This document shows positions 9,197 to 19,885 of a stretch of DNA of 64,000 nucleotides, piece by piece (the first letter of the stretch is position 1; each line of letters opens with the position of its first letter). Location of the stretch: positions 29,275 through 93,274 of the IMG/VR virus record IMGVR_UViG_3300025141_000046; one strand, 5' to 3'. The notes under the pieces were generated by a model. The model saw nothing but the letters and a program-made list of their open reading frames with translations, ran no database searches and was not told the DNA's origin. The translations under genes were made by a program, and so were the position numbers. This stretch comes from a virus.

Positions 9197-11679
9197 TAGA
9201 AATCCATCTTAAATCTTAATAGCATACTATCATCAACTCTTTTCTTAATAGGTTGCGCAAGATTTGCTCGAGCTATAACATTTAGATTTTCATCGTGGAT
9301 ATTCAGAGAATCTATATACACAAATGGCCGACCCTCATCTGACGGACTATCTGACGCTGAAAGAGATAGATACGAAGGATTACTAGATGAGTTGAACATT
9401 CCTGCAGGTAGCGGGATATTCAGTATTGATACATGTGTATTCTGCTCACCCTTCATTTTGATTTCGAAGCAATCTTTACCAAAGTAAGAAAGCGATGGAG
9501 ATTTAACAATTGCAACACCTTCTTTGTATAGAATATTACCAACATTTGACCAAACTGGATTTTTACCCTCTGCATCGGATCTATACAGTGCACCGCGACC
9601 GTTATCCCTTAGTGTTATTCTTATCTTGCCATCAGATCCAGTAAGTGAGGGATCAGATACATAGAACGTATCTGTCTGAATCTGGTCTCCGTAGTAAATA
9701 TTAGATATGTCAAAGAAGCAAATTTCATTTGATGATCTATCACGCGTTCTCTGTGCTATTGTTAAAATCGGCCCAGCAGTTCCGCCTGTACTTTCCGGTG
9801 TAACACCTGCAAGGAGGCCAGCAATTGACTCCTTGCTTAGATTATCAGGCAGAGTTGCTGCATCACCGTCTAGAGCTGCATTCATATCTGCAACAGTTGT
9901 TGTTGGAAGTCCTGGAAATATCTTTCCAGACGGAATCATATTTTCTAAAGAAACTATGCTTAAATCCTTTCCTGCATGTTTTCTAAGAAATCTATCTGAC
10001 ACAGTTGAGCTTGATAGAATATACGAAAAATTAGGATTAAAATTTCCGTTATCGTTTGGCAAAAGTGTTAAATTTCTTTTCTTTATTGATCCAGTGGAGT
10101 AAGCATATGTAGTTGCACTTATATCAACAACAGTTGTATCAATTGTCGATGCTGTTAAATTTAAGCATCTTGGCATATTGTTTGTAACAAAGTCTTTTAC
10201 ATGATTTTCAAGATTCATTACAAAACCGCCTACACCAAAAGAGAAAGTTTCGTTAAACGGCTGTGTCGACTTTACATTCTGTGTCTGAAACGGTGTGATG
10301 AGCATGTCTCTCTTTCGAACGTTTGGGATAAAAAACGGTGGAACATAAAAGAGAAGATTTTTATTACTTTCTGGGGATGATGTTCCTAGAAGAGATATCT
10401 CCTCCTTTGAGATGTGTTTATCGTATATTTTTACTTCATGAATTTCTGCGTTTAAAGGATGCCTCATTGTATACACAGGGTCGATATTTGTCCCGAAGGT
10501 TAGGGTTGGCTGGACCCCTTCTTTTAAAGTCTCTAAGTTAAAAAACTTTGCTTCATTGTCACTACCCTCATAATAATTTCCCATAACAAGCGCTGCATTT
10601 GAAATATGGGAGGGCGGCATGATAGATGAAGACGGAACAACAAACGATGTAGATACTCCATCTATATCTAGACTTCCAGTTCCACTATTATAACTATTAG
10701 TACCCCATCTGACAGTGCAATGATGCCAGTTATTTTTCTTTAATGAATTGTCTCCCGATAGAAAAATAAGATCTCTTGGGTATGTCCCAAGAGATCCATA
10801 TGCTACTTCACTTGGGGATATATCTGCACTGTGACTAAGCTGTAGCATTAATCTAAATCCGTCGACCTGACCGCTTGCGTCAACACTGCTTCCAGATACC
10901 AGGGAAAGTGCAAAAGTTGATGATAGATGTAAAATTGTGCCTGCTTTAAAATCATATCCTTTATCATTAGTATATCTTGGGTTTACATACATGTCTATGG
11001 AAAAAGAGCCGGTCGGAGAGTATGGTCTTGGTAATGCTGAAGATGTTGTAAAATTTTGATAAATTATCGCAGAGTTATCTGGTATTCTTGCTGTAGATCC
11101 AATTCCCGGTGCTCCAGATGTTTGCGGTGCAGAAAAGAAATTTAAGCTGTGATAGTTTGTATATGCCATCTCACAAAGATCGTATCTAGATTCATAAAAT
11201 GTCATCAAACTATTTCTAATCGCAGATTTCTCAATCGCAACATCATTAAGCGAAAATGGCGGGTCAAATCTTGTAATAAAAATCTTTTTTGAACTTGCAA
11301 TAGGCGCTGGTGACTGATTAACACCGAGCATATAATTTTCAACCCAAGTTCTAACATCTGCTGTAGTACCGGAAATATTTGCTGCTGATACCTGGTCAAT
11401 TGCGGTCTTTAGGCTTAGAAGCATTGTGAAATCTTCGACATTAAACGGTCTAGCACTCGGGCTAGCGTTGATATCATTGCTAGCCTGTCTAGCTACACCA
11501 GGTGCTACAAGCTCTTTTATAAAAGGACTCGGCCTTCTTCGTAATGGAACTGAACCTGACGTTCCAGGCAAAATGTCTAGTGACTCTATCGGTATACTAG
11601 AGCTTAAATAATCCGTTTCAGGGTGCAGTGTTAACGAAAATTTTTCTACTCTTTCTGGAGGTATTTTAATAATTGACAT
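9196..11679 (-). CDS. Tail/baseplate structural protein with LamG (ConA-like) domain
   Basis: FSIDMYVNP...NNWHHCTVRW...IHEVKIYDKHIS LamG pattern; C-terminus VYIDSLNIHDENLNVIARANLAQPIKKR...FKMDF is paralogous to the upstream gene's C-terminus. Confidence 0.72.
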   Translation of the reverse strand: MSIIKIPPERVEKFSLTLHPETDYLSSSIPIESLDILPGTSGSVPLRRRPSPFIKELVAPGVARQASNDINASPSARPFNVEDFTMLLSLKTAIDQVSAANISGTTADVRTWVENYMLGVNQSPAPIASSKKIFITRFDPPFSLNDVAIEKSAIRNSLMTFYESRYDLCEMAYTNYHSLNFFSAPQTSGAPGIGSTARIPDNSAIIYQNFTTSSALPRPYSPTGSFSIDMYVNPRYTNDKGYDFKAGTILHLSSTFALSLVSGSSVDASGQVDGFRLMLQLSHSADISPSEVAYGSLGTYPRDLIFLSGDNSLKKNNWHHCTVRWGTNSYNSGTGSLDIDGVSTSFVVPSSSIMPPSHISNAALVMGNYYEGSDNEAKFFNLETLKEGVQPTLTFGTNIDPVYTMRHPLNAEIHEVKIYDKHISKEEISLLGTSSPESNKNLLFYVPPFFIPNVRKRDMLITPFQTQNVKSTQPFNETFSFGVGGFVMNLENHVKDFVTNNMPRCLNLTASTIDTTVVDISATTYAYSTGSIKKRNLTLLPNDNGNFNPNFSYILSSSTVSDRFLRKHAGKDLSIVSLENMIPSGKIFPGLPTTTVADMNAALDGDAATLPDNLSKESIAGLLAGVTPESTGGTAGPILTIAQRTRDRSSNEICFFDISNIYYGDQIQTDTFYVSDPSLTGSDGKIRITLRDNGRGALYRSDAEGKNPVWSNVGNILYKEGVAIVKSPSLSYFGKDCFEIKMKGEQNTHVSILNIPLPAGMFNSSSNPSYLSLSASDSPSDEGRPFVYIDSLNIHDENLNVIARANLAQPIKKRVDDSMLLRFKMDF

Positions 11680-11688
11680 GACAAGACT

Positions 11689-12945
11689 CTAGAAGTCGAG
11701 CCTCACCCTTATAGTCAAATCCTTCTCATCGTTTTTCTCTATCGGCCTAGACGTCTTTGCGACTGCGACAAGATTATCATTCTCATCGTAGAGACCAATC
11801 GTAGTAATATATGAGAATGGTTTTTGGGTTTGCTCCTGACCTGGTTCGATAACTTTAATTCTATTTGTTGTTGTATTTACGTATGTCGGATTAGAAGAGT
11901 AGTTAAACTCATCGGCCGTAGCCCTGCAGAAAACAAGGGTAGAGTTAATGTTTGTTAAATTCTGGAATGTAATTGCTGTATTTGAACCTGATGACATTCT
12001 ACATGACGCAAGGTGGTCAACGATATCGTCAATACTAGCAGATGTAAGAAGATCTGGAATAAACTGTGCTCTCGCATTTGTACCAGGGACTATTGGGCCG
12101 CCTGTTGGGCCGCCGCCAAGATATCCTGTGCCTAGACATACCTTCCCGGCTCCAAATAATGCTTCTGTTGTTACAGCTGATATTGTCCCAGATGCATGCT
12201 GTGTTCCTGATAATATTTTTGCAAGATCAAAAACACTGATGCCATGCTGATAAAACATTAGTCCAACATTTCTAGACGTGTTTGATGCATCTACTATGTT
12301 GCCAACCTCTCCTCCGAATGAGCTTAGGACATTTGTTGATGACCCAACGTCTGTATAGATAGCTGAACCTGATTCTGATGTCTGTGTTAGATTTGGCTTA
12401 TCTGTATCAATATCATGTGATGCTGTCTGATAAAATCTCATTGCAAAAGAATCTCTTTTTATCTTGTCTCGAGAGAAAAGACGCTTAAAGGAAATAAACA
12501 TTGCCTCTTCTATATTGTCAGATGCTAATGAAGAGCCTATAAACGGTGCAGTAAACCTGCTATTTGAATTACCAAGAAGAAGCTGGGCGAACTGTCTATA
12601 GTTTGAAACCTTCTCTCTCATCATTAGAGACTGAGATATGTATAAGACTTTTCCTGCTGTATCAACTCCAGTCGATGCCGATGCACAGAGCGCTGATCCT
12701 GAATATAGTCCGACTGTCATGTCAAATACAGCATTTGCAGTTTGCAATGTGTAATCTTGATCAAAGACTGTTTGAAACAAAGAGGATGTAACTCCAGGTC
12801 CCACACCTCCTGTGACAAATACTTGATATTTTTTTCTTGAAACTGTTCCTGAAATATCTGATTCTATAACATCAACTAGCTGGTTCAAATATGATCTAGT
12901 TGACTTAATGTCTGCTGCTGCGTTAAGCTGTTTATACGTACTCAC
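11689..12945 (-). CDS. Tail/baseplate structural protein
   Basis: GTG start with AGAGG; C-terminus EFNYSSNPTY...YITTIGLYDENDNLVAVAKTSRPIEK...RVRLDF resembles fibre-attachment domains; S/T/G-rich. Confidence 0.7.
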   Translation of the reverse strand: MSTYKQLNAAADIKSTRSYLNQLVDVIESDISGTVSRKKYQVFVTGGVGPGVTSSLFQTVFDQDYTLQTANAVFDMTVGLYSGSALCASASTGVDTAGKVLYISQSLMMREKVSNYRQFAQLLLGNSNSRFTAPFIGSSLASDNIEEAMFISFKRLFSRDKIKRDSFAMRFYQTASHDIDTDKPNLTQTSESGSAIYTDVGSSTNVLSSFGGEVGNIVDASNTSRNVGLMFYQHGISVFDLAKILSGTQHASGTISAVTTEALFGAGKVCLGTGYLGGGPTGGPIVPGTNARAQFIPDLLTSASIDDIVDHLASCRMSSGSNTAITFQNLTNINSTLVFCRATADEFNYSSNPTYVNTTTNRIKVIEPGQEQTQKPFSYITTIGLYDENDNLVAVAKTSRPIEKNDEKDLTIRVRLDF

Positions 12946-12963
12946 TTAAGGTTCCTCTTATCT

Positions 12964-13671
12964 TTAAAAAACATTCACATTAAAACTTATAAATTGGCCT
13001 GAATTATAGCCTGATACTGTTACAACCCTCGAAACAACGCTATTGTTTCCTTCAGTGTGTGAATAAGTGTTAAAAATATCCCCTGCAACTTCTTTTACAA
13101 CGATAGAAAATGTAACCTTTGAAAGATTTGCAGAGTCAATAGATGCATTACATGGAATAGTGTATGTTGCAATATTATAATTATCAACAGTATCAGGAAT
13201 AACATTCTTAACAGTCATAAATGTATAATCAAGTGTCACTCTATACGAGTAATCTGTATTGTCAACATCAACTGTTGTTCCGTTTGGTGCTGTCTGTTTG
13301 ATAGTAACTGACTGTACTGTAGATCCTCCTACTTTTCCCCTGTACAAGCTCATTGTATTTGATGTAAGGGACGTTTCAAGAGCAAGTATTGGCAAAATAT
13401 ACAAGCTATTATTATTAAGACTCAAATTTCTATATTTCACACCTAGATAGCCAGTTGTACATGCCTCAAGAACAGGTGTGTTCTTTTCTATCTTCTCTTT
13501 GCCTACAGTTCTTCCAAACTGCTCTATAATGCTATAATCAACTTCATCATCAGCGAGAGCAAACTTAGCTATTGAAAAATTTCCAACACCGTTGGCTAGT
13601 AGCTCTCTACCCTTATCAGTTAAAACAGCGTCTAAAATTATATTATTTGTAGAATGATCTAGGAAACCCAA
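12964..13671 (-). CDS. Tail/baseplate structural protein
   Basis: TTG start with AAGGAG RBS; N-terminus MGFLD...ILDAVLTDKGRELLA...KFALADDEVDY resembles tail-collar/fibre N-terminal motifs; beta-rich C-terminus. Confidence 0.7.
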   Translation of the reverse strand: MGFLDHSTNNIILDAVLTDKGRELLANGVGNFSIAKFALADDEVDYSIIEQFGRTVGKEKIEKNTPVLEACTTGYLGVKYRNLSLNNNSLYILPILALETSLTSNTMSLYRGKVGGSTVQSVTIKQTAPNGTTVDVDNTDYSYRVTLDYTFMTVKNVIPDTVDNYNIATYTIPCNASIDSANLSKVTFSIVVKEVAGDIFNTYSHTEGNNSVVSRVVTVSGYNSGQFISFNVNVF

Positions 13672-13731
13672 TTTAAACTCCTTACCTGATTATATATTAC
13701 GATAATCAACTTCTGTAAATCTATTCGTTAA

Positions 13732-15753
13732 CTAGAAGATAGTTTTAACTGTTGCTGATGTCATCGGAACATCAGCAACTTCACCTGTTTGATCTGATAT
13801 AGCTATATCGAACGTTTGTGCATTTTGTAAATCAATATTAATTATTTGAAGCTTATACATGTCAGAAATTAATCTAAGTGATGTATCTACCTTAACAGAA
13901 TCTTTCCCTTCACCAGCTGTATTCGTCTTAAGAACATCATAATACTCTGGGTCAAAAAATACTCTCATTCGTGTCGACTCAGAGCTTTTAATTGTGTCAA
14001 CAAAAAGATCAGTCTTTAAATATAGATTAGGATAAGATTTTGGAGCCCCGGGGGGTGAGATTCTCTTTCTAACAATTTTATTTTTAAAACTATTAAAAGA
14101 TACTAAAACTTGCTCTGAGTATTCAGAAGTTAAACCTCGTGCGTCAACGCATGCCATTGCGTAGATATAACTCTCACTTCTTTTAAAGTCGAGGTCCTTA
14201 TAGTGCTTTCTTGGACCGCGAACTTGGTAAATCTTTTCAGGCGGTGCTATTTCAAGCGGGACTACTTTTGATGTAGACATATCAAAATCATATTCAGCGA
14301 GCAACACAAACGATTCTTCGATGCTTCCTCTTCTTAGTATTTGATATCTTACAACATCTCTTTGTGGGTTCGTAGGCTCTTCCCAAAATATGTCAAGCGA
14401 GTAATCCTGAAAATTATAATTAAATCTTAGGTTTTGAGGTGGTTCTGGGGGTATTCTTTCAATTGCAACAGTTTGAGTTTTTACGCCTTCTGAGGCCACC
14501 ATGCTAATTGCAAAAACTATCTCATCTGGTGTAGCGCCATCTGGATCTATTGCAGATGCTTCATATGCAGTTAAATATAAGACTTTTACGTTATAGAGAT
14601 ATGTTGCACCATATCTTATGTCTGAGTCTAAAATATTAAAATCTCCGTAGGTATCAATAATAATCGGCTCAAGCTGCCTAGTTGACATCTCGCTGTCTGC
14701 TCCAGCCTGTATCTCGGTTTTTTCTACATAGTAGCCTATAGGATAAGAAGATTCATCAATTACACTTTTACCTAATGTTGCATCTTCCAATGTTAGTGTA
14801 TACACGGGCGCCATCTCAAGCTCAAACTCAGAAGAATCAACTGCATATGAAGAAGCCTGGGCGACATACATATCCTGAATTAATTTCACGTCAGATTCGA
14901 CACTCATCAGCTCATCTTGATAAATATTTCCCCTGTCCTCTAGGGCACCCAAGACAACATTTGAAATTACTGCATTGTTAATTGAAAATCCAAATTCAAC
15001 AAATCTAACATCTCTCAGCGCCTCGGCAATAGTTTCAAATCTCGCATCAGCTGGTGCATAAGCAACACCTTTTGGTTGACTATTTGAAAGAGCCTTTCGA
15101 ATAGTTGAAGTAGTCTGAGAAGACTCTGCCATGGGGGAGAAGAACTGACTTGTCAAGTTGGTCATAAACTGACTATCTGTATCAGATTTTGCATATGCAT
15201 CAGAAAATGTTACAGAGCCCGTAATTTCATTGTAAAATGTATCATCAACCTGATTATCCTTGAGTATGATTGTTGAAAATCTTGAGTTTGCGATTGCACC
15301 TTCAAAAACAATTTTATCTGTCGAGGTGTTTATTAGTGTTTTTCCTTTTGCTATTGCATAATCCTTAAGAAAGCTATCAGTAGAAAGTGACGGTGGTGGC
15401 TGACTTCTTATTTTTAATATTACTGACCTTGGAGATTTATTTTGCTTTTTTATAAATTCAACATTCTGGTCACTCGATGCGATATTTACTATTGTTTGTT
15501 CACCTGTTGAAACTGTTCTCTCGTCCCTCGTGTAATAGTTATAGTGAAACTCTGACGAAAGTGAAAGAATTTCAGGAAGGTCAATAAATGTCGGCGGTGA
15601 TGATGGATATGTAGATGTACTAGTAAGCCCAAGCTCATCTGAAAGATACTCTGAGAATGATTGAATATCTAAGATTGCTGCATCTGTATACTCTTCTGCG
15701 CTAACACTCTTTTCACTTGTATCTGCATGAACTGCTGTTTCGTCAGTTGCCAT
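13732..15753 (-). CDS. Acidic structural protein with fibronectin type III-like domain(s)
   Basis: PPEPPQNLRF...LDIFWEEP...YQILRR...YIYAMACVDARGLTSEYSE is an FN3 pattern; a second D...YGATYLYNV unit lies upstream. Confidence 0.65.
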   Translation of the reverse strand: MATDETAVHADTSEKSVSAEEYTDAAILDIQSFSEYLSDELGLTSTSTYPSSPPTFIDLPEILSLSSEFHYNYYTRDERTVSTGEQTIVNIASSDQNVEFIKKQNKSPRSVILKIRSQPPPSLSTDSFLKDYAIAKGKTLINTSTDKIVFEGAIANSRFSTIILKDNQVDDTFYNEITGSVTFSDAYAKSDTDSQFMTNLTSQFFSPMAESSQTTSTIRKALSNSQPKGVAYAPADARFETIAEALRDVRFVEFGFSINNAVISNVVLGALEDRGNIYQDELMSVESDVKLIQDMYVAQASSYAVDSSEFELEMAPVYTLTLEDATLGKSVIDESSYPIGYYVEKTEIQAGADSEMSTRQLEPIIIDTYGDFNILDSDIRYGATYLYNVKVLYLTAYEASAIDPDGATPDEIVFAISMVASEGVKTQTVAIERIPPEPPQNLRFNYNFQDYSLDIFWEEPTNPQRDVVRYQILRRGSIEESFVLLAEYDFDMSTSKVVPLEIAPPEKIYQVRGPRKHYKDLDFKRSESYIYAMACVDARGLTSEYSEQVLVSFNSFKNKIVRKRISPPGAPKSYPNLYLKTDLFVDTIKSSESTRMRVFFDPEYYDVLKTNTAGEGKDSVKVDTSLRLISDMYKLQIINIDLQNAQTFDIAISDQTGEVADVPMTSATVKTIF

Positions 15754-15766
15754 TTTATACTATCCC

Positions 15767-18700
15767 CTAAAGCCTTACTAGCTCTGATATATCCAATGGA
15801 GAATCTAGCTGTTGCTGCTCTACACTCGGGTCATCTTCTCTATCCTGTGTATACTCATCAGAATACTCCTCTGGTTTTAAGGATATAGTTGCATAATACT
15901 GTGTATACTCTCCGTTTCCATAGACAGAATCTGATCTTGATGATTCTAGAAACTCTCTCAATTCACTTTCCTTATTTGCCAGCTTAAATGTGTCAGGATC
16001 AATCAAAATACAAAATACTCTTTCAAATATCTTTGGATATATTATTCTATTTCTATATTTCTGGCCACTCATAAATATTGATCTAGATATTTCTCCCTTG
16101 AGTCTATCGTAATTTAATGATGATTCAACATCTAGATCTACAAATAAAGTTCTAGCTTTTTCAACCATTGTCTGGTATATTATTTCATTTCCTGGGTCTG
16201 GACCGTCAAATAAAACATTTCCCTCAAGGAACGGAAAAACATCTTCATTTAAATCAAATCCAGTAGTTAGCTTCATAAATGTTTTAATGTAATAGTCAAT
16301 AACATGATTTTCAAACATTATGCGTGAATCCACACCGAGATCTGTACTAAAATACTTACCTTCAGAAATAATATTTCCCACGTATGTTCCGTTATTTCCC
16401 TCAGGGCCATATTTTCTTACTACTATTTTTGACATAATCTCATTAAAATCTTGAGGATCAGGAGCTGAAATTGCTGCATCAATATAGCTTGTCCACCACG
16501 AAGTTCCCTCTGCTCGTCCGGTAATAATAAATTTAGAAGTATCAAAGACGTATCTCTGGGGTGCGTATACAGCGCTTTCATTTAAAAGATCTCTTTTCCA
16601 AATAGTAATTTCAATAATATTAGAGTCTCTATACGAAGTATCACCAGTCTCATCCATCATTCTATTTCTTAGAGCTTCAATCATTCCAGCGGGAACTCCG
16701 ACCGGAGCAAGAAATCGTCGAGATGCAAATGAATTTTCTCTTTTTAAAAATTTTGATAATTTTAGAAAACCAGATAGATTTTTAGTCTGATTTACAAGGA
16801 TTGCCTTCGTAGCAGGAACGTAGCCGTACTCTCTATTTGGAACTGAAAGTGAGTCATAAAGTGCCCGATTTAGAGATAATTGATCTTTTGTAATTGATAA
16901 AAGCGATGCTTTTTGAAAATCAGGATCAGATCTAATTGGTCCCAGTGCATTATCAAAGCTATCTGAATCCATGTCTGATGATGACATGGCACTCAGCAAG
17001 TTAACAGCAGCGTTAGAAAGTTGATCAATTCCAGAGGCTGCTAGCAGACATGCAGCCATTCCTGTTTGCTCAGCATATAGTAAATTCTTTTTAAAGCTTT
17101 TAAATTTTGACAACCAGGCTTCAATAGCACCGTAAGACCCGTGGAGCCAAGTCTCAGCGCTTGATGCATAATTATCTACTACTGCGAATCGTTCTGTTTC
17201 ACTAATGTGATTTCCGCTGGATGACTCAAGTGTCTCAAGATCAATATCATATGGAAATGCTTTGTGAAAGATATCAACTGCATCACAAAATCCGCACGGG
17301 CTTCGTTGATTTACAGCATACAGAATATACACAGACGATGCAGCAAATTCATTTTGAATCTTCCCACCTGAATCTTGGCTTCTGTAAGCTGATGCTTGGA
17401 AGTAAACTGAAAGTCTAAACATGTCATGCCAGTACTCCTTGCAAACTGCTAGCGCGGCCATTATCTTTGCTTTTTGATCATAACCCCTAGAACTTGTATT
17501 CCAAGTATCTGTGAATGATGAATCAAGAGAATTTGCAACATCCTTGTGATATCTTCTAGTTGCAAAATATGGTGTTAGGAGTATGTTTTTCGGAGCATCG
17601 TTAAGAGAGTCACCTCCCCATAGGTGACAAACACCTCCCAGCTCATCGACAAGAGTTACAATATCTCTTGTATCACTAGCTACGTCGATACCAGAAGTGT
17701 TCCTCTCATAAAATTTATTATCTGTACCATCGCCGGGTATTATTCCAGATGAACCCATCGGATAGTAGAAGTAATCACTAGAAGAGCCGCCGCCGCTTGA
17801 TTGATCCCAAACCTCTTCGTGCTGGATGTTACCGTCCGGATGCGCGCCATCGCCATACCACACGACATGACCTGCACCGCTAGCTTCACCTGAATCAAAT
17901 GAATCGATGATATCTTTTTGCAATTTTTCTATTGCCTTCCACTCAAGGACATTAGCAGCTTCTTTAAGTGTGCCCTGTGTAATTTTTCCATCCTGATACT
18001 CGCAGTATGCAACATTTAATGCTCCAACATAGTATGCAATTGTTGAATCTTCTGAGGCCATTGCAGCAACTAAGAATGTAAAAAGATATGAATTTTTAAT
18101 ATCAGATACGTACTCCTGATTCCACACGAGACCTTGACCTGTTGAGTCTCTTAGGCCCTTTAAGATATAGTGGTAGAATGTACTTGGCATAATTTTTAAA
18201 CTTTCTGATTTTTTTTCGTATCCATACTGATAAAAAGAATCATCTATGTAGCTATCACTCCCTGGTGTGGGTCCACAAAGTAGACTTCCGTAATCTTTAA
18301 GGTTGTCTGCTGCTAGAGATAGTGAGCCTATTAAGCTTTGAATTCGATCTTTAGCATCGTCGTACTCAAGCGTAGGTATTTCATCACAGTAATATGACCT
18401 ACCAGTTCGAGATGAAGAAACACCATCTGCAAGCTCCGCATTTGTCTGTGTATATGACTCTATTACATCTCTAGTATCGGAGCTTGAAAAATCTCGATTT
18501 GGTGTTAGAATATATCTTGTCAGATTATCTTCTGATGTGGGTAATTTTTCCAGTATGCTTGATAAGTCTAAAGATGTGGATCTTCCAAAAGATCTTTCTA
18601 TAAATGTAGATATATCAGATACATTTGTTGAAGCTCCAGCAAGTGAGCTATTTTTTGAAAAAACTAATGTCTGGAGTGTGTCTAGAGCTGCAAAGCTGCA

Positions 18701-19882
18701 TAAATTTGCTAAAAATGCACCTATTGTTTCATTACCCCATCTATTCTCAGACATACCTGATATCATTCCATCGAAATTTCCGCTACTTAGCTCACTTGTG
18801 CTGCTAGCAGTAAGTCCCATTGTAGATGATATTCCGTCAGTTCCGGAATATGAACTGAACGACGCAATATCTTTTAAAAGAAGCAAAGAGGGCGTAGCAG
18901 ATTTTATAATATTATATCCTGGCAAAACACCCTTGACATAGCTTCCGCTGTCAGTGCCGTACCCTGGCGAAAATTTTAATCCACAAATAGACCCAGCTAT
19001 GACGTTAAACATTGCAAGCATGTGAAGTGATCCACTAGATCCGCGAAATTTCGATCGTGATGAAATACTTGTGTGTAGACCGAGAACATCTGTTAGGAAA
19101 TCAACAAAATTCATTGAAACTGTATACGGAACTTGACCTACGTTTGCGTCTACTGAGAGATCAAGTGCTGGAAAATTGGCCAATGCTGCAGTGAAGGCTG
19201 GTCGTATAGATGCGTCTACTGTCTGTTCCACGACGAAGGTGCCGTCTTCAGTGGAGTAGCGGTCCGCTCCATTAAAAATAATATGTGAAGAATTTAAATC
19301 TTGAGAGTCAATAAAGCTAGAAATTGAAAAATAAATAGTTGACAAATAATTCAAAATACTAGAAGCTTGCTCCATATTATCTGTATATTTGCTAATAATT
19401 TGATTAGCAAACTCTATATCCTCTGAAGACATGCTGTCACTTACAATATACTGACCGTTTTCGCTAGATATTCCGAGCATTAATTTAAAATAAGAATCTG
19501 CATCACTGTATCTCATTTGCTTAAGCTGGCACTGGTAGTCATATAGCTCACCGGACGGCGTTATAATATATTCTGCGCCGCTGCCATCGTCAGACCCACG
19601 CTCAAGCGGTGCAATATAATTGAACATTCCTATAATCTCAGGTCGCTGTGTTGAAAATCCCCTACTGTTTAAAAGAGACTCAAGGTCAGAATTGAGATAG
19701 AAAGAATCAGAAGTGCTTGATTGAAAAGCTACAGTTCCGCCACGAGATTGTACAAGACCTGATTCTTCTATAGGTGACGGATATAAAACTTTATCAGCTG
19801 TAGACTGTGCTGGAACTTTTGTATCTAGCTGGTCAGAATGGCTAGCATCTGGCAAAATACTAATTTTAACTGTTGGATCCAT
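15767..19882 (-). CDS. Large acidic Ser-rich hypothetical protein (1371 aa), probably virion structural
   Basis: Long ORF within the tail block; no catalytic motifs recognised. Confidence 0.6.
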   Translation of the reverse strand: MDPTVKISILPDASHSDQLDTKVPAQSTADKVLYPSPIEESGLVQSRGGTVAFQSSTSDSFYLNSDLESLLNSRGFSTQRPEIIGMFNYIAPLERGSDDGSGAEYIITPSGELYDYQCQLKQMRYSDADSYFKLMLGISSENGQYIVSDSMSSEDIEFANQIISKYTDNMEQASSILNYLSTIYFSISSFIDSQDLNSSHIIFNGADRYSTEDGTFVVEQTVDASIRPAFTAALANFPALDLSVDANVGQVPYTVSMNFVDFLTDVLGLHTSISSRSKFRGSSGSLHMLAMFNVIAGSICGLKFSPGYGTDSGSYVKGVLPGYNIIKSATPSLLLLKDIASFSSYSGTDGISSTMGLTASSTSELSSGNFDGMISGMSENRWGNETIGAFLANLCSFAALDTLQTLVFSKNSSLAGASTNVSDISTFIERSFGRSTSLDLSSILEKLPTSEDNLTRYILTPNRDFSSSDTRDVIESYTQTNAELADGVSSSRTGRSYYCDEIPTLEYDDAKDRIQSLIGSLSLAADNLKDYGSLLCGPTPGSDSYIDDSFYQYGYEKKSESLKIMPSTFYHYILKGLRDSTGQGLVWNQEYVSDIKNSYLFTFLVAAMASEDSTIAYYVGALNVAYCEYQDGKITQGTLKEAANVLEWKAIEKLQKDIIDSFDSGEASGAGHVVWYGDGAHPDGNIQHEEVWDQSSGGGSSSDYFYYPMGSSGIIPGDGTDNKFYERNTSGIDVASDTRDIVTLVDELGGVCHLWGGDSLNDAPKNILLTPYFATRRYHKDVANSLDSSFTDTWNTSSRGYDQKAKIMAALAVCKEYWHDMFRLSVYFQASAYRSQDSGGKIQNEFAASSVYILYAVNQRSPCGFCDAVDIFHKAFPYDIDLETLESSSGNHISETERFAVVDNYASSAETWLHGSYGAIEAWLSKFKSFKKNLLYAEQTGMAACLLAASGIDQLSNAAVNLLSAMSSSDMDSDSFDNALGPIRSDPDFQKASLLSITKDQLSLNRALYDSLSVPNREYGYVPATKAILVNQTKNLSGFLKLSKFLKRENSFASRRFLAPVGVPAGMIEALRNRMMDETGDTSYRDSNIIEITIWKRDLLNESAVYAPQRYVFDTSKFIITGRAEGTSWWTSYIDAAISAPDPQDFNEIMSKIVVRKYGPEGNNGTYVGNIISEGKYFSTDLGVDSRIMFENHVIDYYIKTFMKLTTGFDLNEDVFPFLEGNVLFDGPDPGNEIIYQTMVEKARTLFVDLDVESSLNYDRLKGEISRSIFMSGQKYRNRIIYPKIFERVFCILIDPDTFKLANKESELREFLESSRSDSVYGNGEYTQYYATISLKPEEYSDEYTQDREDDPSVEQQQLDSPLDISELVRL

Positions 19883-19885
19883 CTG

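Noticed and set aside
15767-19882. Tape measure protein call for the 1371-aa ORF
   Set aside because: No clear Ala/Gly/Lys-rich helical periodicity or transmembrane segments; not next to tube or chaperone genes.
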